Assembly: GCA_054661495.1 (NCBI GenBank)
Contig: BAAFSQ010000142.1
Coordinates: 1 to 24,891 of the forward strand
Source of the DNA: Zygophlyctis sp. KS116
Taxonomy: Eukaryota; Fungi; Chytridiomycota
Direction of reading: 5' to 3'
Length of the DNA stretch: 24,891 nucleotides
The translations under genes and the position numbers were made by a program. The notes under the pieces were generated by a model, which searched no databases, was not told the origin of the DNA, and was given only the letters and a program-made list of their open reading frames with translations. Of this stretch, positions 14,614 through 24,891 are shown one piece after another (within the stretch, counting starts at the first letter, position 1; every line of letters begins with the position of its first letter).

Positions 14614-16480
14614 ATGATTTTGATTCTGGAGATGATATTGATGATAATGCTCTCACTAACTCATGTTCAGTCGTTTTCTCAGGAAATTGATGGGATTGGA
14701 TGCAATGCTGAATTTAGTAATCTGGGATGTAATGCTACAAATGTCAAGATCACTGATCTTACAGTCTCTGAGCGTCAAAAACATTGGAATCTTGGTTTAT
14801 GGTTTGCTGCATTGTTTGGAAAGGAATTTCTAGTATATTCATTAATGTCAGAGAATAGTATGTTTAGTCTGCATCTATGCAATAAAGCAGTCTCTAATTT
14901 CTTCAAGTTGTTTTATAAGCAATTTGGGAGGATGATTGGAATTGGAGCATTGATGGGATTCATAAAGTATGCTAGTATTTCTCATAATGGATTATTGAGA
15001 AAGCAAGAGACACAAAGATTACTAAAGTCTTATTTAACAAGTCATAGATTTTATGATGCAATATTTAATTCAGAGATTAATGATGCTGATCATAGAGTAT
15101 CTACAGATGTTTTAGGAATGGTTGATGGCGAAATTAATATGATGAATAAAGGTTTAATGCTTCCATTCTTGATCATTTACTATACTTATACAGTTTGGAA
15201 GGAAATGACGCTGCTAGGATTATTAGGGATTTATGGATTTTTTATCTCAAGTGCATTAATTATTAAACTTTTAATGCTTCCTGTATATAGAGTATTACAG
15301 GAAAAGGAAGGTGCAGAGGCTGAATATAGGTATTTTATTTTATAAATCTAGGAATTTACTAAAAATTAGAGTGTCGCATGCTCTAATTCTTAATAATGGG
15401 GAACAGATTGCTTTTGGAGGTGGAGAAGTACATGAATATGATCAATTATCACATTTTTTGAATAAGATTCTAAATATTCAGAAATTATTAAGTCTCAAAC
15501 AAGGGTATTTAGAAGCAGTGACTAGCTTTTTTGCTAATTTTGGAGGGATTTTAACTTATCTAATACTCTCTGTTAGTTTTTTTGCAGGGAAATATGATTC
15601 TTTAACTGGGCCTGAAAAAGCAGCAGTTTTAGGTAGAAATGCATTTTTTGCAATGTATCTAATTTCTTGTTTAACAAATGTAATTGAACTTGCGGATGAA
15701 TATGCAAAATATCTTGCTCATAAAACCAGAATTAAACAATTTTCTGATTATTTAGCCAAATCTGTGCAGGTTAACGATTCAAACATCAATATTCAGCCAT
15801 TAGAAAATCAAATTCTTTTATCTGTTCGTAATTTAACAATTTCAACTCCTGATAAGAGACTTTTGGTGTCAAATCTAAGTTTTGATGTTTTAAAAGGACG
15901 ACACTGCTTTATAACTGGTAGCAATGGACGTGGTAAAACTGGTTTTGCAAGAATATTATCAAACTTATGGATACCTACAACTGGATCAATTATAATGAAT
16001 ACAAACCTTTCTCCGCGTCCAACTTCAATGTTTCTTTCACAAAAACCTTTTATAGCGACTGGATGTCTTTTAGATATAGTAACATATCCTTTTTGGTATT
16101 CTTCGTTAAACGAGACTCAACAAAATTACGCCCAATACATTCTTAAATTTATCAAGACAAAAGTCAACTTTACTAGCATGGAAACGTTTTTCAATAATCC
16201 TATAAAGGAATATTCATCAACTCAATATAGTCAATTATCTTTGGGAGAATTACAAAAATTATCCATTCTTCGAATTATATTCTGGAAACCATTGTTGGCA
16301 GGTATATTACTTTTTCTAATTCAAGTTTTTGATGAATCTACATCTTCTATGGATCATGATTCTGCAATTAAATTATATTCAATAGTAGATAAATTTGATA
16401 TTACAATCATCAGTATCTCTCATCAAGATTATCTAAAGCCAATGCATGGACAATTTATAAATTTGGACGAATTTCAGTAA
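14614..16480 (+). CDS. ABC half-transporter, subfamily D (ABCD4/Pxa-like), divergent, ~600 aa, 3 exons
   Basis: NDADHRVSTDV (ABCD NPDQR-like), EAEYR..H..I..NGEQIAF (EAA-like), TPDKRLLVSNLSF, Walker A GSNGRGKT, signature LSLGELQK, Walker B LAVFDESTS (after intron 16302-16325), ISISH. Intron 15330-15369 (alternative acceptor 15351). The start codon is uncertain. Confidence 0.82.
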
Positions 16481-16510
16481 GTTACGATTCGCAGACCCTA
16501 GAAAAATTGA

Positions 16511-19500
16511 ATGGAATGGTCTATACTTCACCGCAAGGAGCATCCATCTCCTAGAAGCTCCCATGTTGCAGGATTGCTGTTGGATAAGAAAAAAAATTTA
16601 GAATTGGTTGTTTTATTTGGAGGAATAGCAGGTAGTTTGAGAGATGATAATTGGGCATTGAACTGTTCATTGGGTACATGGCGTCCGCTTACGATTCAGA
16701 TCCCTCCGACAGTATCTTCAGCCTATGTATGTACAGACTACAATATTTTTATATTTGGAGGAATGAAGAAGGACGGTCAGTTTGTTTTTACCAATAGATT
16801 GTTGGAATATAATCATGTAAATGAAACAATGGCAATCATTGATCCTATCGACTCCAAATTTATTCCTCCTCCATTGATATCTGCTGCAATGGTTCATCAT
16901 AAAGGGATTTTGTACATTTTTGGTGGGTTGGATGTGCGATCAAATGTCTCTAATCGTCTATTTATGTTCAACTTACAGGAAAAGATTTGGTCTCTTAATT
17001 ATGCTAAAAACTCTCCTCCTGGGAGATTTGGTCATTCTATAAATATTTGGTATAAAAAAGTTGAAGACAAAACAGAGGTTTTCTTGATTATTTATGGAGG
17101 CTGTTTAGGAAAGGAGAAGAACATGCAAAATGCGGGAGATATACTGATTTATTCTATAGGTATGACAATTTAGAATTTATAATAGATTATAATAAATGGT
17201 ATTATCCGCCAATGCAAGGATTTCCGGAAAATTATACTGGAAGAGTAAAGCATACGGCATTTTTACATGGATCTAAGCTGGTGGTTTTTGGTGGATTGAA
17301 GTCTTCTATCTTATCACCTTCTTTAGGCTGGGAGGCTTGTAATGATGTGATTTATATCAAGATTGGTATAAATTTCTGTACATTGGAAAAGGAGGAATTT
17401 CCAAATATAATTCCTAGAGCTGCGCATACATTGGCATCTAGAAAAAGAAGTTCCCAGGCACTGATTTTTGGGGGATATACGAATGCTCAAGGTTATCTTT
17501 CAGATTTGAATGAGATTGTGGTTTTGGACTTTTTCATACCTAATTCGCTTACAATTAGACTTGAAAAAGGATATATACGATGGGATGATCCTTTCAATAT
17601 GCATGGTCGTAATACTTATGAATTAATAATCATTGATTCTCAGAATAGAGAAAGAAACGTAGCTTATCATGGCCATAATAATTATTGGTTTATAAGTGGA
17701 TTGAAATTACTAAATCATTATACTGCATATTTGTTGGTTTCAAATGCTTTAGGTTCAAGTGAAAATAATCCTGAACTCGATTTTGTGTATCAAGGTAATT
17801 TTGAGGATTTTTTAATGATTTTAGAATATATATTGCCTCCCCAGAACGTTCAAGTAAAGTTGGAAGGAGTTAATGTTCATTTAAAGTGGGAAGCTTCTCA
17901 ATCTGAGAAATCATATTTGCTCTTTTATAGAATATGTGGTGGTGCATCAACCTCCTCATCTCGATATGCTCGCCAGGCAACTTATTCAACTCCCTGGATG
18001 GAAACATCTGTTGGATCTAACTGTAAAGTAGAAACCCCAGTTACTTTTTTCATTGGCGAGTCATCTTCGAGTGAAATCGCAAAGGAAATTGAATTCCAAG
18101 TCGTAGCAACATGCGCATCTGCCCGATCAGAACCGTCTAGTTCTGTTTTATTAAATCTGAATGACTTTTGGATTAATTCAGTGCCAGTTACTTCAGAAAC
18201 GGTTGCAATCGTAAAAGAAGAAGTGATGGTCGAAGGGACTTCAGATCCAATAGGTGAAAATATGATCACAGGAGAAGATGATTTTGAAGAAATTGCTGAA
18301 GGAGAAACAATTCGGCCGAGTATGTCGTATGAGAAAAAAGTGAAAGCTCCAGTTCTCGAAAGAAAATCAAGCAAAATTAAAATAAACAGGGATTTCGGGC
18401 TTGATCAAAACGATAATAATTCTTCTAAAAGCAATTCTTTGCTCAAGAAAAAAGACCTAAAATCCGGAAGTGGATCTCTTAAAAGGAAATCTGAAACTGA
18501 AATTGTAGAGTCTCGACTCAAGCAGCTTTCAAATGCGGATGACAGTTCAAAATCGGAAGAATCATCAGTCACAGGAATAAGACACAAGGATATATTGGAG
18601 AAAAAGGATAAGATCTCTTCAGAAAAAAAAGAAAAAATTCCCCTGGAGATAAAGGAGCAAATCGCTTCAGAGAAAATAGAAAAAATTTCGACAGAAATAA
18701 AGGATAAGATTTCCTCGGTGATGAAGGATAAGATAAATCCAGAGACAAAGGAGAAGATCAACACTGATAAAAAAGAAAAGATTTCAACGGAAATAAAGTT
18801 GAAGATTTCTACAGTGAAAAGAGATAAAATGATCAACCCCGAGATAAAGATCACAACTGAGAAAAAAGAAAAAATCTCAACAGAGAAAAACGACAGAAGC
18901 GTATCTGGAGTTAAGGATAAGATATATACGGATAAAAAAGAGAAGAACTCACCTGGAATAAATGAGAAGATCTCTATAGAAAAAAAGGATAAGATCTTAT
19001 CTGTAATAGATGACAAGATTTCTACAGATAAAAAAGACAGCAAATTATCTGGAATAAAAGGGAAAATCTCTACAGAGAAATCTAACACGAGTGTCACAAA
19101 TAAAGAGGTGACAATAGCCCACAAAAGTAAATCTTTGTCTTTGAAATCACCAATAATTGAATCATCAATTAAAAAAGAAGCACAAGAAATTTCTCAGGAA
19201 TATGATCAGCTATTTGCTCTCTTCTCAAAAGATTCCCCCAAGGCAACTGACACTATTCCACAAGTATATCCTGTTTCTCAAAGATTGCAGCTGCGTATCA
19301 TTGAACAGCAGAATGGAGATGCTGATTTGAAAAATAATTCAGTCCCTAAAAATCCTAAAGGCGAACATGCAAATCTAAAAGACATCCCAGCTGTAAAATC
19401 TGTCGGTCAAATTCGTGCTTTATTGTTTGATCCTTCAAAGCCTATGTATTATAGTCTCAAATATGGAACCGAAATACAAGTTTTATATGATAATGATTGG

Positions 19501-19854
19501 TGGTCTGCAAAAGCAATATTTTATGCATATGACAAAGAATATAATTTATACTTAAAGGTTCACTTTCCTGGATGGAAAAAGAACGATGATCTTTATGTGC
19601 CACTAAAAGATGGGGATAGAGTTATCAGAGATACATCGATTCCAGTGCTAAAAAAATTACCAGTTTATATTGCAACTCAGTTCCGATTTGATATTACTTC
19701 AAAAAAACCACAACACCATTATGGGCTGAAGGCTGCAGAAAAAGATGAAGTTGCCGAGAGAGGATATCTTTTAAGAGAGATCGAACCAAGATCTAGGTTT
19801 CTAGATGATAATGATGATTCCAGTGATCAGGATTATAAATTAGCTGATGAATAG
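16511..19854 (+). CDS. Kelch-repeat / fibronectin-III-like / charged-repeat / Tudor-chromo-barrel-like protein, ~1095 aa
   Basis: About six kelch blades (PSPRSSH..VVLFGG, IFIFGG, LYIFGG, PPGRFGHS..IIYGG, GRVKHTA..VVFGG, PRAAHT..LIFGG). Two FN3-like segments (YIRWD...YTAYLLVSNALGSS; PPQNVQV..VHLKWE...FQVVATCASARSEPS). C-terminal DWWSAK...LKVHFPGWKKNDDLYV. Intron 17160-17185 and probable stop-free intron 17795-17824. Confidence 0.72.
18601..19077 (+). repeat. Degenerate coding tandem repeat, 24-nt/8-aa unit (consensus ~KKEKISTE), about 20 copies
   Basis: KKDKISSE KKEKIPLE IKEQIASE KIEKISTE IKDKISSV MKDKINPE TKEKINTD KKEKISTE ... IKGKISTE read directly from the ORF. Confidence 0.85.
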
Positions 19855-19954
19855 ACAGCCGCTTACCAAGCGCTTGGTTAAGTACGTGTGGTCGCTTGGA
19901 AGTCCGAAAGCCTCAAGGCGCCTTTTTGTTCTGAGGCTTTGAGAAAGATTAAAT

Positions 19955-21908
19955 ATGATATCATTGTTGGTTTTTTTATTTGTACATTGCTGCTGTTCAT
20001 TTCGCTTGACCAATTTTCATCGTTTGAAATGGATCAATTCTGGTGGATCACACTCATTAAGTTTGAGGAGAAGGCCGTTTTTCCATCCAAAGCCAAGATT
20101 TAAAACTTTCAAAGATAAGACTTTTTTTGCTGCTGCAGTGCTAAATGAAACTGAAATACTTGATTATGGAGTCAAATATACGTTGGGACAACTTAACCTT
20201 GAGGCGTCCGAACTTAACACGACATGGTCGTATACAGACACTGCAAACGTTACGCATATTTACTTTAAGCATCTAGTAAATGGCATCGAAGTTTCTAATC
20301 ATCATGCTGCTGTTCACATTAAAAAGAATCATGTTATAGCGTTTTCTTCTTCGTTTAATCATGATAAATCTAAACTATACAAACGAAATCAAGAAGGATT
20401 AAAGATTAGTAAAAAATCAGCCATATCGATCGCTGTGAAGGAATTCAAGGTGAAACTAAGACCTCACAAACCAGTTGAGTTAAAATACATTGAATTGCCA
20501 AACGGTGTTTTATCACAAGCTTATGTGATTCAATTAAAAGATTCAAGAAACTGGCTGGAGGTATTTGTGGATGCAAGATATGGTAATCAAGATGAATCTA
20601 ATCAAAGGTCAAATTGTTCATGTAATTGATTACATCTCGTCAGCTGCATATCGGGCTGTTCCGCTGAATTCAGTAGATCCAGTATCTGATACAACAACAA
20701 TAATAGATCCAAATGATAAAAATGCTTCTCCTTATGGATGGCATGAGTCTAGTGCATCATTTACAAATACTCAAGGAAACAATGCGCGTGTGTATGTGAT
20801 TGAGAAAGGAAATAAGAGGTATTTTGCAGATGGAGGAAAGAGCTTGGAGTTTTTGGCCGGATTTCAAAAAGAAAAATCACCACAGGAAAATAGGGATGCT
20901 TCAATTGTAAACTTATTTTATGGTGATTTTCCTAAAATTAAACTTTAGTTGTGAACATGATGCATGATTTATCATATGAATATGGGTTTACTCCATCTGC
21001 TGGGAATTTTCAGTATTTGAATTATGGACAAACAGGGAAAGGAAATGATGGTAATAAAGACGAATATTAAATTTATAGGTGTCATAGCTCGTGCTCAAAT
21101 TTCGTCGTCATTTAATGATGCTCACTTTGCCACAGTAATCATATAGTTTTAATGATTAGACTCCAGATGGTGAGCCGGGAGAAATGAATCTGTATTTGTT
21201 TGACAAGACAAATCCTTTTCGTGATAGTGCAATGGAAAATGATATCCCAATTCATGAGTATCAACACGGCATAAGTAATCGTCTTACAGGCGGCGCTGCA
21301 AATGCAGAATGTTTGGAAGAAGATATCGCATCTGGATTAGATGAAGGATGGAGTGATGCGATGGCTATATTTATTAATCGAAATAGTAGCCATAGTCGAA
21401 CTGATGATGTCACAATAGGAAATTATGTCAGCAATGGAGAAAATTTGAGAAGTACCCCTTACTCTACAAACCTTGAAAGAAATCCTTTGAAATGTAAAAC
21501 TATACGGATTTAAATCTTTAGATTCTTCACTAAATACACGGAAGGAAAGTCACGAAATTGGAGAAATTTGGGTATACTGTTTTATGTAACATTTTTCAGG
21601 CAACCATGCTATTTGAAGTTTTCTGGAATTTAGTAGATGATCATGGTTTCGCATCAAACCTTATAAACTCAAAGCAGTCTCATGGAAATGTTATTACGAT
21701 ACAGCTGTTAATTGACAGTTTGTCATTGCAATCATGTCAGCCAGATTTTATTTTAGCAAGAGATGCATTTCTACTGGCTGATGATCTTAGATATTCAGGA
21801 CAGCATAAATGCAGTATTTGGAAAGCATTTGCAAAGAGAGGATTGGGCCATAAGGCATCTCAAAATGAAGCATGGATCGATAATTATGATGTTCCAAGTG
21901 AATGTTAA
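19955..21908 (+). CDS. Fungalysin (M36) secreted zinc metalloprotease with FTP propeptide, ~597 aa, 7 exons
   Basis: Signal peptide; FTP propeptide [17 protein letters not shown]; ASPYGWH; [24 protein letters not shown]; [14 protein letters not shown] (HExxH); EGWSD (third Zn ligand); HEIGEIWA; [11 protein letters not shown]. Introns 20583-20607, 20923-20948, 21051-21078, 21135-21159, 21494-21521, 21572-21599. Confidence 0.95.
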
Positions 21909-22066
21909 GCGTATATTGGAGTGGATTTGATAGCACTTTATTGGAAACTGTACATATTGTTGATTTTTTGGGGGCGACAATCGGGCAAAATACTCTAAAT
22001 GATTTATTCCGATGGATAATAAGAATTTCAAACGATATTTTTATAAAGAGCAAATAAAGGATTATG

Positions 22067-24052
22067 TTAAAGTGATTGCAAAAGCTTTATCGCTGCTTGC
22101 AAATGTTTATCCACTTTTAGATTAGAAGAGGCACTGCTGGATAATTCATGAATACTTTTCTTAAAGTCCATAAATTCCTCTAGCAAAGTAATGCACATAG
22201 CTAAATTTTCTAATCGAGAAGACACAGTAGATTTCATTTTTGGACAATGAATTGCGTAGACTGAAATAAAAAATAGTATGTTTGCGGAAAAAAGAGAAGC
22301 TTGCTAACATTAATTAAATTTAAATTACCTCTTGATCTACCAGCATATTCTTCTGCAAAATATCCAGTAAAAGATGCCGAACAACACTTGGATTCTCATC
22401 TGCGGGAAAAATATTACCGAGATCGAATGATTCTAGATTATCAGACTTTTAAAAAGCACTTACCAAGAATTTGAATGAAGGAGTTTGACTGATTTTCCAA
22501 CAGACTAACAATGATTTCTACGCTGATGAGTGACATCTCTAATAAATCATTACATTTCCCATCAGCCAGAAGTGCATATTTAAGAATTTGAATCACGAAA
22601 CCTTGATTGAGAAAAAGAAATGACATATCACTATTAGGATTGCAAGAGTAATTTAGAATAATATTCAAACAAATTTTTGACTCGAAGCCAATGTTAATCA
22701 TCTGCAGGATAGATTCAAGATTTTCATGCTTAAAATTAGTAAAAGATCCACTGGATAGCCTTAACCAGATTTCCAAGCATTCTAATATACGCTTTTTAAG
22801 GGGTGAATTTATCCATTGGAACAGGGTGTCACATACAGATTGCAAAGTTTTTTCAATTGCGTTTGACAATTTTTGGTTTGTCGAATCTTGAGCTCTAAGA
22901 ACCCAATATGTTAGCATCAAAAGGCTTGACTTTCGGTCGTTTAATCCTGTGTCTTCTCTTTCCAGTAACCAACGCTTATGAATTAATGATTCTACTAAAT
23001 CAGTATCGATCGATCTAGCAGATCTTATATCTCTAAAAATAATCTCCAGCCAATTTACGAGAAGAATTTGAATTTCCTTGAATTATTGTCAATTTTTAAC
23101 AAACCTCATCTGACCCATTTATCAATTCCAAAAAAACCTTTAGAAGCCAATCAGAACTTCTTAATTTTATCAAGAATCCTTCGGATTGCATATTGGTAAT
23201 TAATTCAGCAAGGCTTTGATTAAAAACCACTGATTACCTCGCTTTCTGAATACTTATTACGCCTGATACAATGCCATCGAATATATACATCATTTGATCT
23301 TGAAATCGACGCATCGCCCCTGCCTCCTTCAATTCATGTATTCTTAGTTGCTGACACTCCTATTATTTATCAAGAAACCAAATTATCAAACCTCATCATC
23401 AGAACTTTCCAGGCCTTCATCCTTTGCCCTCGTTGCTTCTGAGATCCTATAACTAAAATATTAATAAACTAATGTATTCTTACGTTTCAGTAGCTTCAAC
23501 ATATGACCTTGCAAGTGATGCATAAGTGTTTGAGACTTGACTTAGCTTATGATTTGCTGAATTTTTAACGAGGGACTCACTGCGACCAGAGTCTTTTAAT
23601 GAGACTTTGTTCATTCCATGTGAAATTTGAATATGATCATCCCGTTTTTCTGCTTCAACTTCAGGCTTACAACTTGATTTCATTTTCAAGACTCTTTTAC
23701 CCAAGTTTCTCTTTTTTGTGGGGGATTCTTTTATTCCTTGCTCTGTGCGCTTCTCCATTGACTCGTCCGAATTCCTATGATTATCTGAAAACTCTTTTAT
23801 AGGATCATCATTACCATCATCATTTTTAACTTGTTCCACAATTGTTGAATCTGTTGTTGTTTTTTCACTTGTCCGAAATAAATTGTTTTCTTGTTCAAGC
23901 GCTTCATTTTGAAACTCAAAAGGATCTTGGACAAACCTTTGCGCATCCTGGATATCTGCTAAACTATTTTCAAGCTCTGCGATATTAAGAAATAACTTCC
24001 TAGAGAGCGTTCTAGAGCTCTTCTTTCTTGAGTAAGTCCTCAGTTTTGTCAT
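22067..24052 (-). CDS. WAPL: Wings-apart-like cohesin release factor (WAPL/Wpl1/Rad61), ~604 aa, 7 exons
   Basis: N-terminal RTYSRK (Pds5-binding YSR-type motif). Spliced exons give IHELKEAGAMRRFQDQMMYIFDG...SLAEL...FLIKLRS, the WAPL domain start, followed by helical repeats. Introns 23453-23483 (alternative acceptor 23447), 23360-23391, 23214-23237, 23077-23104, 22433-22463, 22304-22328. Stop TAA 22069-22067. Confidence 0.78.
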
Positions 24053-24103
24053 GACTGTGGCCTAAGCCTCTAATTGGAAGCTAAAATTCTATTCACTTTA
24101 TTT

Positions 24104-24891
24104 TCAAAACATTCCAATTAGAATACAGATATATAACATGTATTCTAATGCTTGAAGATCCATTGCAGACGACGTAGGTGCATCATCGGGTACATTGGGC
24201 GCATCCAATTCCAATGCTTGCGACTGGATGGGAAAATCCAGGATAAGCCTACCATCATTGGGATCAGAATCAGATAGTCCAACAGCTGTTTCTTGAGCGA
24301 TTTCATTTTCAGTTAAAAAATAGCTCAATGTTTCGGTACCCGATGTACTTGTAGATGGCATATAAATAGATGTTTCAAGATAAGTTTGCTTTTCGGTTGT
24401 TTTATGATCTTGAAGAAGAATGTTTGGTCTATCTCTAAAAGCTGGTTGATCAGTTGAATGATTTTGTGAATATGTCGATGCCTCTGTAATTGATGGCTGG
24501 TAGAATGAATGATTTTGTGAATATGTCGATGCCTCTGTAATTGATGGCTGGTTGGATGAATGATTTTGTGAATGTGTCGATGCCACTGTAATTGATGGCT
24601 GGTAGAATGAATGTTTCTGTGAATGTGTCGACGCCACTGTAATTGATGGCTGGTAGAATGAATGTTTCTGTGAATGTGTCGACGCCACTGTAATTACTGG
24701 TTGATAAGACTTAGAAGTTGCTGTTAATTTTTTAACAGCCTTGGAAATAGATGGCTTATAACTTGGAATCGTTGGGGCGGGTACCGTTACTGTTAGTATA
24801 ATGTAAATTGTCTCAGTCTTTGGCTTTACACTGATAGGAGAGGGAGCTGGTGAAGGCCAACATATCACATTTGGTTTATGGTGAATGATGA
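24104..24891 (-). CDS. 3' part of a Ser/Thr/Pro-rich repeat protein with a hydrophobic C-terminus (possible GPI- or membrane-anchored surface protein); 5' end outside the window
   Basis: The frame is open to the window edge, contains 17-aa repeats and ends ...SSAMDLQALEYMLYICILIGMF*. Confidence 0.6.
   Translation of the reverse strand, partial: IIHHKPNVICWPSPAPSPISVKPKTETIYIILTVTVPAPTIPSYKPSISKAVKKLTATSKSYQPVITVASTHSQKHSFYQPSITVASTHSQKHSFYQPSITVASTHSQNHSSNQPSITEASTYSQNHSFYQPSITEASTYSQNHSTDQPAFRDRPNILLQDHKTTEKQTYLETSIYMPSTSTSGTETLSYFLTENEIAQETAVGLSDSDPNDGRLILDFPIQSQALELDAPNVPDDAPTSSAMDLQALEYMLYICILIGMF
24443..24703 (-). repeat. Coding minisatellite, 51-nt/17-aa unit (QPSITVASTHSQKHSFY), 5 copies plus a partial copy
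   Basis: The CAA codons at 24703 and 24448 are exactly 255 nt (5 x 51) apart, and the units are near-identical at DNA level. Confidence 0.95.

Noticed and set aside
18405-19124. 239-aa hydrophobic antisense ORF
   Set aside because: Mirror of the A-rich Lys/Glu repeat on the plus strand.
19855-19954. SECIS element or tRNA
   Set aside because: No in-frame TGA in the upstream gene, and no convincing SECIS core or cloverleaf.
24443-24703. CRISPR-like array
   Set aside because: Contiguous in-frame tandem repeat without unique spacers, in a eukaryotic context.

Overview
AT-rich, extremely gene-dense eukaryotic (fungal) DNA, most consistent with an early-diverging, chytrid-like fungus; the taxon is an inference from gene content and protein style. 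The window holds 12 complete genes and one partial gene: SPX phosphate transporter (Pho87/90/91 family), DCAF7/WDR68, RPS13, DDX21/50-like helicase, a secreted S9-like serine hydrolase, PEX13, calcineurin A, WRAP73/WDR8, an ABCD-family half transporter, a Kelch-FN3-repeat-Tudor/chromo-barrel protein, an M36 fungalysin, WAPL, and the 3' end of a Ser/Thr-rich repeat protein. The fragmented ORF track is explained by splicing. By hand I can place 51 GT-AG introns: 50 are 24-33 nt (peaks at 25 and 28) and one is 40 nt, and every spliced model is a whole number of codons. Distances between coding regions are 9-158 nt. The main signal is therefore an intron-rich genome that uses ultra-small spliceosomal introns with reduced splice signals, together with near-absent intergenic space. 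All models are manual and unverified by transcript data.
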